Positions 19,101 to 27,346 of a DNA stretch of 44,460 nucleotides are shown piece by piece. Origin of the DNA: Polyangiales bacterium. GTDB taxonomy: Bacteria; Myxococcota_A; Polyangia; Polyangiales; Polyangiaceae. The notes beneath the pieces are model-generated. The model had not been told where the DNA came from and did no database searches. It saw only the letters and a program-made list of their open reading frames with translations. Both the position numbers and the translations under genes were made by a program. How positions within the stretch are numbered: position 1 is the stretch's first letter; each line of letters opens with the position of its first letter. The DNA lies in NCBI GenBank assembly GCA_038230375.1, contig JBBRNJ010000075.1, forward strand, positions 1 through 44,460, written 5' to 3'.

Positions 19101-21802
19101 CCGCCGAGTCGGCGGAGCAGCGTGGCGGCCTCGGTGTGATCCGACCGCTCGATGGCGTCGTCGATCAGCTTCTCGAGCGCCTCGCGATCGTCGCCGTCCT
19201 CCAGGACCTTGAGCCACATCTCGCGGGCGAGCTCGCGGTCGGTGAGGCGCGTCTGTGCAAGCGTTGCGGCCTCGCGGCGGACCGCGATGCGCTTCGACTT
19301 GTCCATGAGGCGATCGCCGCGCCGGGTGAGGTACGCGACGAGCTTGTCGTTCTGTTCCTGCGCGACGTACTTTCCGACGAGCGCAGTGGCGTAGTCGTCG
19401 TTGACGGGGTCGAGCTTGGTGGCCTCTTCGAGCTTCTCGAGTGAGCTCTCCTGATCGCCGACCTTCGCGAGGTACTCGGACGCCTTGTACAGAAAGTGCG
19501 CCTTCTGCTTCGCGTCGCTCGTAAGCTGACCGCGCTGCGTGGCTGCCTGCGCTGCCTTCTGCCACTGCTCGGCCTGCACGTAGAGCCGGTCGGCCTCTTC
19601 CCAGAGCTTGCCCAGCTTGAGCGAGTCCGCGGCCTCGGCGTACGCGTCGCCAGCGCCGATCAGATCGGACTGCAGCTCGCGCAGCTCTGCGAGCCGCTGG
19701 AGGAGCGGCCCCTTCGCGATCGGATCGTCCAGGTTGGGCGCAGCGTCGGCGATGAACTTTGCGGCGAGGTCGAGGCGCTCGCCGCGCTCGAAGAGCTTGG
19801 CGGCGGTGTGGATGGCCACGGCGTCGTCCGGGGTGAGCATGCAGATGCGGATCCACGCCTCGCCGGCCTGGACCAGGTCCTTGCGCTTGTCCTCGTGCAG
19901 CTTCGCGAGGCGCTTCTCGAGCGTGATCTTCGCCTCGACGTCGCTCTCGATGTTCGCTTCTTGCTCCAGCAAGGTGGCGAGCTCGTCCCAGCGCTGACTC
20001 CGTTCCAGGAGCCGCATGAGCGCACCACGCGCGCTCTCGTCACGGCGCTCGAGCACGAGCAGCTGCTTCCACGCGCTGATCGCCGCGTCCACGTCGCGCA
20101 GGTTTGCCTCGCAGAGACCTGCGATCTCGCGCAGACGCTCCTTCTTGGACTCCTGCGTCTCGGGGCTCGTGCTTGCGCGCACCGCGCCGAGCAGCACTTC
20201 TTTCAGCTGCGCGTAGTCGCGCTTGCTGCGGAGATACTCCTCTACCCATGCGAGCGCCTCTGCGTGCGCCGGGTTGGAGTCGAGGATCTCCTTGTACTTC
20301 GCGAAGGCCTCGGGCTTCTTGCCCTTGCCCACGAGCATCTGCGCGGCGTCCAGGATGCCCTGCAGCTTGTCGGGGGACAGCTGCGCGCGTCGCGGCGCGG
20401 GCGCCGGATCGGCCTCGACATCAAGATCGGGAAGAGCGTTCGCCACGTCGGGCTTGTCGAGCTGCCGGCTGTCGTGCCGCGGCGGCGCCGACTTCTTCGG
20501 GTCCACCTTGTTCGGCTCGGACTTGCTGACGGTGAGCTCGCGCACCTCGCGAGCCTCGCCTGGCGCGTTGCTTCCGCGCGCCGTGTCTCTTCCAGAGCCC
20601 ATCGCCCCGGGCTCGCGCGACGGCATCGTGGTCGGCTGGGGCGCGCTCGACGCGATCATCGGAGAGAGCTCCTGGATCTTCGCCGTGGCCGCCGGGTCGC
20701 CCGCGTCTGCGAGCGGGCGCAGCACGTTCACCGCGTCCTGGAAGTGCCCTGCGCTCTCGTGCGTGGCGGCGACGGAGTGGCGCACCTCGGTGGCCATGCT
20801 GCCACGCGGATTCGCCGCAAGGTAAGCCGAGTAGCGCGCGGGCAGCTCGGCGTCCTGCGAGAGCTCACGTGCGTAGAAGCTGAAGAGCTGGATCGCGCGA
20901 TCGTCACCCGGGCTCACGTCGAGCGCCGCGCCTGCGTATGCGAAGCCATGCTCTCCCTGGTACGACTCCGCGAGACCGATCAGCGTGCCGGCTGCGTCGT
21001 CACGCTCGGCGTCGGGTACGCGTTCACCGGCCTGGATGCGGTCGAGCACGCTCTGCGCGTACTCCTGTGACAGCGTCGGGTCCTCGGCATCGAGCTTGCG
21101 GGCCTCCGCAAGCGCGCGCGAAGCACCGGGCAGATCCGCGGCGAGCTTGCGCGTCTGCGCTTCATCGCGAAGAAGGCCCACGCGCCGCGCCGGGTCCTGC
21201 TCGATCAGAAGCTCCGCCGCGAACAGCGGCAGCGCGTCCTTGAACGACCCTTGCTGCTTCAGCAGCTCGCGCGCGTTGTAGATCGCGTAGGCGCTGGTCG
21301 GATCCGTGTCCATCGCCTTCTTGAAGCACTCGATGGCCTTCTTTGGCTGCGAGAGCGGGGCCTCGCTCCACAGACGCCCCATCTCTTCGTACATGCCAGC
21401 GAGCTCGCCACGGAGCTCCGGTTGCCCACCGATGATCCCGGACAGCGCCTTGCTGCGCCGCTCGAGAAGCGCGACGAGCGCCTTCGCGTCGCCCTTGTCA
21501 CGATACAGCTGCGCAAGACGCTCCGCGGGGACCGACGCGGTCGCATCCTTCGCGACAGCGGCCATGAGCAGCCGTGCAGCGCGGTGCGCGTCCGACAGCG
21601 TGGTGAGCCACACGTTGGCCGCTTCGCCGAGCCAGTGAGCTGCGAACGCGTTGTCCTTCGAGGCCTCACCGACGCGCTCCAGGAGGGAGGCGTACGCCTT
21701 TGGGTCAGACTCCCCCGATTGATGCGCATATGCGAGCGCTTCTTCGTCGTGGGGATTGTCCACGAGGCGCTGTACGAGGTCGTCGATTTCGGACCGGTCC
21801 AT
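16157..21802 (-). CDS. Large TPR/alpha-solenoid protein with Pro-rich and acidic C-terminal tail (1881 aa)
   Basis: Long ORF with repeated myxobacterial-type TPR units (LRDVDAAISAWKQLL..ERSQRWDELATLLEQE; LTDAREAADGWRRVL). No signal peptide. About 350 aa of low-complexity tail. Confidence 0.85.
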   Translation of the reverse strand: MDRSEIDDLVQRLVDNPHDEEALAYAHQSGESDPKAYASLLERVGEASKDNAFAAHWLGEAANVWLTTLSDAHRAARLLMAAVAKDATASVPAERLAQLYRDKGDAKALVALLERRSKALSGIIGGQPELRGELAGMYEEMGRLWSEAPLSQPKKAIECFKKAMDTDPTSAYAIYNARELLKQQGSFKDALPLFAAELLIEQDPARRVGLLRDEAQTRKLAADLPGASRALAEARKLDAEDPTLSQEYAQSVLDRIQAGERVPDAERDDAAGTLIGLAESYQGEHGFAYAGAALDVSPGDDRAIQLFSFYARELSQDAELPARYSAYLAANPRGSMATEVRHSVAATHESAGHFQDAVNVLRPLADAGDPAATAKIQELSPMIASSAPQPTTMPSREPGAMGSGRDTARGSNAPGEAREVRELTVSKSEPNKVDPKKSAPPRHDSRQLDKPDVANALPDLDVEADPAPAPRRAQLSPDKLQGILDAAQMLVGKGKKPEAFAKYKEILDSNPAHAEALAWVEEYLRSKRDYAQLKEVLLGAVRASTSPETQESKKERLREIAGLCEANLRDVDAAISAWKQLLVLERRDESARGALMRLLERSQRWDELATLLEQEANIESDVEAKITLEKRLAKLHEDKRKDLVQAGEAWIRICMLTPDDAVAIHTAAKLFERGERLDLAAKFIADAAPNLDDPIAKGPLLQRLAELRELQSDLIGAGDAYAEAADSLKLGKLWEEADRLYVQAEQWQKAAQAATQRGQLTSDAKQKAHFLYKASEYLAKVGDQESSLEKLEEATKLDPVNDDYATALVGKYVAQEQNDKLVAYLTRRGDRLMDKSKRIAVRREAATLAQTRLTDRELAREMWLKVLEDGDDREALEKLIDDAIERSDHTEAATLLRRLGGNIVDKAEKARVALREAELLAEGVGDVDTAVARYEQILEELDATCRPALQAIADLQEARDNQAAAADALERELKLVADVQERGQIAARLARLYEVLKDPRSAIRALDLVRKADLEDFDALTRLCELCEITEQWGRVAELLVERIEIEADEAEVSILTMKLARMLADKLDRGDEALAALTELADSGDAQVRAAYIELGDRLGWKGIVASKLVDWWFDAKQGPDRTSALRNAFDRFVDVGRDQDAVRVAIELVRTKGADRNLADQLEELAVKTGDHDALSIAHELLAKEVTGPDRAYELVRQAEVRVKTGMPRQDALQHGEAGMVSIAATDAEPLLDRLAQLATKPSEVVDLYERQVSRSKAPLDRVKALARAAQVAATRGAPDRARGFCELALAGAPTEETLGILELAAREGDRLAGGDKLRRALSSAMAAGGHGARDGGKTRGALLRRAAQIAHRDLNDVEQAFGWLADALVSHVDGQTLDSLEALGLEIADPRRAEGAITHALNEVFDGPLVRQLLGRRAKIRRDQIVDHQGAAQDLKKLHDLSPNDGAVMEELAGLLTDLADFKTLVQVYEDQILRGKDVNIRAELARKVARMWEEQLTDAREAADGWRRVLRMKAGDTEATAGLERAKTNALKKPDPGTLREAYAPPKMEPKVEPPPPKPASPVAPAPSPSGSTLSASISGSIAAAVPPVRPSTPGRTSAPPLEPRANGSASVPPQRRPPSMSPPGKMAQRPLTPRVPSEPPPATAKPRSEPPPLPPEARIPSAPPALPTHPQDMAGADHEDLTRPPVFSRPPLRTDPPVNSPADDEPNTAMTQTGGGAAAAATAGGALEMEIDASLGRLELGGEPTSDGAGGAPKTLEHDRLKRDSADTMAHDRPALFEEGLGAPSASAPHTLPGMPVDAASFNIPPAEPSREEVELDEVDLVDGDHMDATHARPQTKAETAALDDEIEIDDDAGPHPVDEEHTETSQTVRPVRSPS

Positions 21803-21811
21803 GGGTGAGCG

Positions 21812-21841
21812 AGGGTATCACCCGTGCGTCGCCGTCGGCAA
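21812..21841 (-). promoter_or_regulatory. Putative sigma70-type promoter of the 1881-aa TPR gene
   Basis: On the minus strand: TTGCCG, 18 bp ending in TGA (extended -10), TACCCT, 9 nt, ATG at 21802. No SD. Confidence 0.5.
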
Positions 21842-21882
21842 CGAAAACGACCCGAAATGCCCGGAAAATTCTCGGCTTTCGC

Positions 21883-23445
21883 CTAGTCCAGGATTCCGTA
21901 GCCCGTGGCCGAGGCGCTCGGGCTGGGTCTCGGGGCCTTGCCGTTACCAGCTCCCAGTGGACGCCCAAAGGGCCGTCCGCCAGGGCCAGTGGCCGAGGGC
22001 CGTGCCTTTGGAAGCGCGTCGGGTGACATCGCGGGAGGATCCCGCGGATCCGTCAAGCCGCTCGGCGCGCCTGCACCATTCGCAGGGTCGGCCGTGTTCG
22101 GGCTCGCAGGGCTCCCAGGCGTCAGGGTCGTGAGCGGCTCGGCCGAGTGCATCGTAGGGCCGCGCTGCGACGCGATCGGCTCGGGGGGAGGACGCTTCAT
22201 TCCCAGGAACACAACGATGCCCGTGACGAGCGCGAGCGCGAGCAAGAAGATGCCGATGAGGACGTTTCGTCGCCCCGCGCTCTCCGTTGGCCGCGCGAGG
22301 TCCGGGTTTGCGGCGGAAGGGATGGGCGCGGGAACGCTCATCGCGTTCATGGCCTGTCCGGGGCCTTCGGACGCTGGCGGCAACGAGCGTCGCACGCCGC
22401 TGGTGCTCGGCACCGCGGTCTCGAGCACACGCTGGAGGTCGTTCGAGAAGACGTCGGCGGTGATCGGCCGTTCGTTCGGATCCTTCGCGAGCACACGCAT
22501 CACGAGCCGCTCGAGATCGGGCGGAATCCCCGCCTCCGGGCAGGCCTCCGACAGCGGCTTGGGCGCGGTCTTGATGTGGCGCGCCATCACCACGATCGCG
22601 TCGTCGTCGGTGAAGGGCGGTCTGCCCGACAGCATCTGGTAGAGGATGACGCCAAGCGAATACAGATCGCTACGCGCGTCGAGCGGCTTGCCTTGCGCCT
22701 GCTCCGGCGACATGTAGCGCGGCGTGCCGAACACGGTGCCGGCCTGGGTCTCGATCGCGTTGAGATGCGCGGCGTCCTCGCGCATCATCTTGGCGATGCC
22801 GAAGTCCAGCACCTTCACGAGCTCCTCCGAGCGGCCGCTGGAGAGCACCTTCGCGTAGAAGAGGTTGTCGGGCTTCAGATCGCGATGCACGATCCCCTTG
22901 GCGTGCGCCTCCGCGAGGGAGCGCAGCGATTGACGTGCCGTATCGATCGCGTCTTCGATGCGCAGGCGGCCAAGGCGCGCGAGGCGCTGACCCACGGACT
23001 CGCCCTCGAGGAGCTCCATGGCGAGATAGAGTTCGCCGCTCTGCGCCTCTCCGAAGTCGAACACCGTCACGGTGTTGGGGGAGGCGAGGAGGCTGTTCGC
23101 CCGGGCTTCGCGGAGGAAGCGGGCCTTGGCTGTCTCGTCCATCGCGCGATCGCTGCGTAGGATCTTGATCGCGATCTCGCGACCCATGGCGTGCTGCTTG
23201 GCGCGATAGACGGTGCCCATCGAGCCAGCGCCCAGCCGCGCCGTGATCGTGTAGCGCCCCTCGAGGCTGCGGCCGACCATGGGATCGCGATCCGCTGCAG
23301 CGAGATCGCGCTGGCGGATCAGGTAGGTGCCGTCATCGGGGCATTCGGCGGGTGCGCCGAGCTCCGGGAACGGACGTCGGCAGCGAGGGCACACGAACGT
23401 GCGCCCCGTCTCCGCTGCCTTCTGGACGGTGGATTGAACCGACAC
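21883..23445 (-). CDS. Membrane-anchored Hanks-type Ser/Thr protein kinase with N-terminal Cys knuckle
   Basis: CPRC..CPDDG; LGAGSMGTVY, IAIK, HRDLKPDN, DFG, GTPRYMSPEQ, SDLYSLG; TM helix VLIGIFLLALALVTGIVVFLG. Start GTG 23445 is uncertain. Confidence 0.94.
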   Translation of the reverse strand: MSVQSTVQKAAETGRTFVCPRCRRPFPELGAPAECPDDGTYLIRQRDLAAADRDPMVGRSLEGRYTITARLGAGSMGTVYRAKQHAMGREIAIKILRSDRAMDETAKARFLREARANSLLASPNTVTVFDFGEAQSGELYLAMELLEGESVGQRLARLGRLRIEDAIDTARQSLRSLAEAHAKGIVHRDLKPDNLFYAKVLSSGRSEELVKVLDFGIAKMMREDAAHLNAIETQAGTVFGTPRYMSPEQAQGKPLDARSDLYSLGVILYQMLSGRPPFTDDDAIVVMARHIKTAPKPLSEACPEAGIPPDLERLVMRVLAKDPNERPITADVFSNDLQRVLETAVPSTSGVRRSLPPASEGPGQAMNAMSVPAPIPSAANPDLARPTESAGRRNVLIGIFLLALALVTGIVVFLGMKRPPPEPIASQRGPTMHSAEPLTTLTPGSPASPNTADPANGAGAPSGLTDPRDPPAMSPDALPKARPSATGPGGRPFGRPLGAGNGKAPRPSPSASATGYGILD

Positions 23446-23577
23446 CCTGTCGTCATGGTCGCGAAACCTGGCCCTTTGCGCAACTCCTACGTGCAAGGCC
23501 GTTCAGGTTGGCCTCAGTTGGTGCGGGTTGGTGCGGTCCGGCATGGCCCGACGCTCATCCAATCACCTGGCCCAAAA

Positions 23578-24423
23578 TCACCTGACCCGGATGACGTTTC
23601 TTGGATCGCAGGGAACGCTGACATTGTCGCTGATGAACGACGCGCCGGCTGGAACCCTGGCAAGGTCAACGCCTTCTCGCAGGCGTCGTACCTCGAGGTG
23701 GAGGTGAACGATGCCTGGCGAGCCGCTGTCGCCCACCAGGCCCACCACTGTACCTGCTGCGGCAGTCTCGCCAACAGGCGCGCCCTTGGCGGCCGACTCG
23801 AGGTGACCGTAGAGCACCAGGTACGTATAGTCCTTGCCCTCTGCGCGCACGACATGCGCCGAGACCACGGTGGTGCCGAACAGCGGCCCGGCGTAGAGGA
23901 TCCGTGCGGGCCCCTCCTGGCCGGTGAGCGTGACGAGCGACACCGGCGCGCCGCGCTCCGCAAGAAGGTCCAGGCCGCCGTGCCCGGTTTCAGGGCGATT
24001 GCGGAGCCGACGTTGTCGCTCGTCAGGCTCGCCCAGATCGTACCCCGACGAGATCGAAGTGTAGGCGACCGGCCACGTGTAGGCCTGGTACGACGCGGGT
24101 CGCTCGGGCAGCTTCGGGATCTGATCATAGGCTCGCCACACGCCGCGCTCACGATGGACCGCACGCTGGGCCCCCGCAGCGGGGCCATCGTCCTTCCACA
24201 GGTGCACGCAGAGCGAGCCCTGCGGGAGCGTGCCTTCCGGGCAGGCGTCGCGAGCGATCGCGGACGAGCCCCCGGTCTCGTTGTTGGCTCCTGCGGCCTT
24301 CGCCTCTGGCATTCGCACCAGCGGCCGCCCGGAGCCGGCAAGGAGCACGGCCGCGGCGCACATGGCGAACAGAACGACCTTGCGGCTGGGCATCGGGAGC
24401 ATGGGCCTCACGGAAACCCGCAT
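23578..24423 (-). CDS. M23-family metallopeptidase, exported
   Basis: HGGLD (HxxxD), LYGHL, VGDSGSPGIVHLHLEVR (HxH), plus an N-terminal hydrophobic segment. Start uncertain (24444, 24423, 24402 or 24393). Confidence 0.88.
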   Translation of the reverse strand: MRVSVRPMLPMPSRKVVLFAMCAAAVLLAGSGRPLVRMPEAKAAGANNETGGSSAIARDACPEGTLPQGSLCVHLWKDDGPAAGAQRAVHRERGVWRAYDQIPKLPERPASYQAYTWPVAYTSISSGYDLGEPDERQRRLRNRPETGHGGLDLLAERGAPVSLVTLTGQEGPARILYAGPLFGTTVVSAHVVRAEGKDYTYLVLYGHLESAAKGAPVGETAAAGTVVGLVGDSGSPGIVHLHLEVRRLREGVDLARVPAGASFISDNVSVPCDPRNVIRVR

Positions 24424-24482
24424 CGAGGGTTTTCCTTTCCGCATCGTAGGGTGTCTTGTAGAAGTTGCGTCGAGGAATTCCC

Positions 24483-25151
24483 ATGAGCGTCTCCGCTTCG
24501 CTTTCAAAACTCATCGACGCGACCCGCTCCGCCAAGACGCTGCGCGCGGAGCTCGCGCAGGCGAGCCGCGAAGAGGTCCTCGCCGAGATCAAGAAGGCCC
24601 GCGAACTGGCCATGAAGGAGAGCGATCTCGACGAGCAGAAGACGCGCCTTGGCTGCCTCGCGACGTTGCTTGGCGAGTTCGACGGTCCCGACACGGTGGA
24701 CCTCTTGATCGATCTGCTGAACACGGATCACCCCGAGGTACGCGTGGTCGCGGGCGAGGAGCTCGAGGCGCTCGCGTTCGATCGATTCAAGGAGGTCGCG
24801 CTCGGCATCGAGCGTGCTCTCACGCGTCTGCCAGAGAACGGGCCCGCGCTCGCGGAGCTACCGTACTTGCTCGCCGAAGTCGGGGAGCCTGGATGCCTGA
24901 AGCTGATCGGCCGCTTTCTGAAGCGCAAAGAGGCGGAGGTCGTGGCCTCGGCGATCGAGGCGCTCGTCGAGCTCGGAGATCCGGATGGACCCGAGCTGCT
25001 CGCCGACCTTCTGCGCGACCCGCGCAAGGTGCAGCTGGACGAAGGTGACGGAAGCCAGGTCACGATCGGAGAGCTCGCCGCCGAGGCGACCGAGCTGCTC
25101 GAAGAGCTCGCAGAAGAAGAGGCTCCGCAGAAGAAGCGGGGAGGCCGATGA
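24483..25151 (+). CDS. HEAT-repeat protein (222 aa)
   Basis: GAGGA SD; HEAT-like units LIDLLNTDHPEVRVVAGEEL and EVVASAIEALVELGDP. Confidence 0.8.
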   Translation: MSVSASLSKLIDATRSAKTLRAELAQASREEVLAEIKKARELAMKESDLDEQKTRLGCLATLLGEFDGPDTVDLLIDLLNTDHPEVRVVAGEELEALAFDRFKEVALGIERALTRLPENGPALAELPYLLAEVGEPGCLKLIGRFLKRKEAEVVASAIEALVELGDPDGPELLADLLRDPRKVQLDEGDGSQVTIGELAAEATELLEELAEEEAPQKKRGGR

Positions 25152-25987
25152 GTGCGAAGCGCGACGAACCTTCCGTCTGGACGAGGCTCACCGCAGACGA
25201 CGCGGCGATCTTCGATACGTTCGTCGTGCCCCGCTACCTGGCCATGTTCGGCGAGCTGCTTGCCTCCCTCGTCATCGAAGGGCCGGATGCGCAGGTCATC
25301 CATGTGAACTGTCGCACGGGCTACCCCGATCGCACGCTCGCGACACGCCTTCCGAACTCGCACCTGTACGGCTGCGATCCGAGCGAGGCCGCGCTGGAGC
25401 TGGCGCGCCACAAGGCCGCATCCAAGCTCGGAATGGTCTACGAGTATCGCGTCGCCGACGGCTTCCCGATCCCGTTCCCCGACGGCGCGTTCTCGCACGG
25501 CATCTCCATGCACCCACGGCCCGCACCGGACGAGCGCGTCAAGCTCCTCTCCGAGCTCGGCCGCCTCATCGCGCCGCGCGGTCAGCTGCTCCTCGCGCTG
25601 CCACTGCGCGGGAGCTTCCAGGAGATCGCAGATCTCATCCGCGAGTACGCGCTCAAGTTCGAGGCGAGCGAGGTGTCGACCGCAGTCGAGGCCGCTGCGC
25701 TCGTCCGGCCCACGGCCGAGATGTTGCGCGAAGAGGTCGCGAAGGCGGGCTTCGATTTCGTCGAGGTCGACTCGCGCATGCGCATGCTCAAGTTCAAGAG
25801 CGGGCGCGACTTCATGAACGACCCCGTGGCGAGGCTCATCCTGCTACCCGAGTTTCGCCTGAACCTCGGCGTGGCAGGCTCCGAAAAAATCTTCGCCTAC
25901 GTACGCGACGCAATCGACAAGTACTGGAGCAAGACCACCTTCGAGCTCACCGTCCAGGTAGGCGTAGTGACGGGCCGCCGACTCTGA
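25148..25987 (+). CDS. Class I SAM-dependent methyltransferase-like protein (degenerate motif I)
   Basis: VIHVNCRTG at the motif I position, GCDPSEAALELAR, IPFPDGAF, LGRLIAPRGQLLL. ATGA-coupled to the HEAT gene. Confidence 0.8.
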   Translation: MSAKRDEPSVWTRLTADDAAIFDTFVVPRYLAMFGELLASLVIEGPDAQVIHVNCRTGYPDRTLATRLPNSHLYGCDPSEAALELARHKAASKLGMVYEYRVADGFPIPFPDGAFSHGISMHPRPAPDERVKLLSELGRLIAPRGQLLLALPLRGSFQEIADLIREYALKFEASEVSTAVEAAALVRPTAEMLREEVAKAGFDFVEVDSRMRMLKFKSGRDFMNDPVARLILLPEFRLNLGVAGSEKIFAYVRDAIDKYWSKTTFELTVQVGVVTGRRL

Positions 25988-25990
25988 CGT

Positions 25991-27046
25991 CTACCGGCAG
26001 TAGCCGTCGATGCAGATGAGCGGGTTCGCGCAGAGCTTCTGCGCGGAGACGTCGCAGTCGCTGCCCAGGTTCGTTGCGGAGCCGCACACGCTGTACATGT
26101 TGCCGTTGCTCGTCACCTGCTTGCAGGTGTTGAACTGATCGGCCGTCTTGCACGCGTCCACGCCGCCGTCCTGGTCGCACGCGATGTAGCAGTTGTGGCG
26201 CAGGCAGATGCTGCCCCCGTTGCACGCGTCCTGCGAGCCTTCGACGTTGCACACGAACTGCGGCTTCTGGTCCGGGATGCAGCCGCCAGCGACGCAGACG
26301 AGGCCCGTGGGGCACGTGTTGCCAGCGCCGCACTGGCTGACGCAGTGCTGCTCGACGCACGCCTGCGCGGCGCCGCAGTTCTGCGCGGTGGAGCATGGGT
26401 TGGTGTTGCCGGTGCACACGCCCTTGGCCAGGTCACATGCATAGCCAGTGGGGCAGGGCGTGTTCGCATTGCAGCTCGGGGTGCATGCACCCTGCACGCA
26501 TTGCGAGCTGCCGGGGCACTGCGTGCCATCCGTGCACTGATCGGCCGGGAGCACGCAGGTGCCGTCGAGGCACTTGGAGCCGGCGTTCGCGCTGCAGTCG
26601 GCATCGCGCGAGCACTGCGATTTTGGTGTGGGGCCTCCGTCCGTCTGGCCGCCGACGGACACGCACGTGGGCGTGCCGTTCGCGAGCTTGCAGACGAAGG
26701 CGCTCGGGCAGCCGACCGCGGAGCAGTCCTGCGCGTGGCAGACCTGGTCGGCGCCGCACGTCTCGCCCACGCCGCAATCCTGGGGCGACTTGCACGCGCT
26801 TCCCGTTGTCGGCTGGGTCCCACCGGTGCCACGGCAGACGCCGTCGCTGTAGCAGGACTCGTTCGAGGGACAGTCCGTGTTGCTGTAGCAAGTCCACGAG
26901 CTGCAATCGCTCGAGTAGTAATCGTTGGCGCACGAGTAACACGCGCCCGAGGAGTCGCAGACCCGGTGGTTATCCGAATAAATCGGACAGCCCCAGAGAA
27001 GCAAGGCACCCGCCGACACCACCACGACCGAAAAGAGGCGCTTCAT
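25991..27046 (-). CDS. Cys-rich repeat lipoprotein (351 aa, 49 Cys)
   Basis: GGAG SD; signal MKRLFSVVVVSAGALLLWG-C; repeated four-Cys modules of the type C-x5-C-x5-C-x4/6-C. Confidence 0.85.
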   Translation of the reverse strand: MKRLFSVVVVSAGALLLWGCPIYSDNHRVCDSSGACYSCANDYYSSDCSSWTCYSNTDCPSNESCYSDGVCRGTGGTQPTTGSACKSPQDCGVGETCGADQVCHAQDCSAVGCPSAFVCKLANGTPTCVSVGGQTDGGPTPKSQCSRDADCSANAGSKCLDGTCVLPADQCTDGTQCPGSSQCVQGACTPSCNANTPCPTGYACDLAKGVCTGNTNPCSTAQNCGAAQACVEQHCVSQCGAGNTCPTGLVCVAGGCIPDQKPQFVCNVEGSQDACNGGSICLRHNCYIACDQDGGVDACKTADQFNTCKQVTSNGNMYSVCGSATNLGSDCDVSAQKLCANPLICIDGYCR

Positions 27047-27120
27047 TGAAAGACTCCAGGCTCCAGTTCGAGCAGTAGTTGAAGCAGACCGCAGATGCGC
27101 TCGGCTCGCGTGTTCAGGGT

Positions 27121-27136
27121 AGCAACCGCCGTGCCC
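27121..27136 (-). promoter_or_regulatory. Sigma54 (-24/-12) promoter of the Cys-rich lipoprotein
   Basis: On the minus strand GGGCACG-GCGG-TTGCT, with exact GG-N10-GC spacing, 74 nt upstream of ATG 27046. Confidence 0.72.
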
Positions 27137-27346
27137 CGCACAAGGCCCGCACATTCACCGCTGAACAAGCGCGTTTTCCTGCGAAAGGCTGGGACACCGT
27201 AACCGCTGGTTCACGGCAGATGTGGACTCGGCGTCATGAGGCGCCGGGGATATCGATGGGAACGCGAGGGGGCCAGAGGGCGTTTTGCGGGGACGGGGAA
27301 AGTTTTCGGGGGCTCTTCCACCCTATGATAGCTTCCTAGGTCGCGC

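Noticed and set aside
23191..24486. 431-aa plus-strand ORF
   Set aside because: It is antisense to the kinase and M23 genes, which both have intact catalytic motifs.
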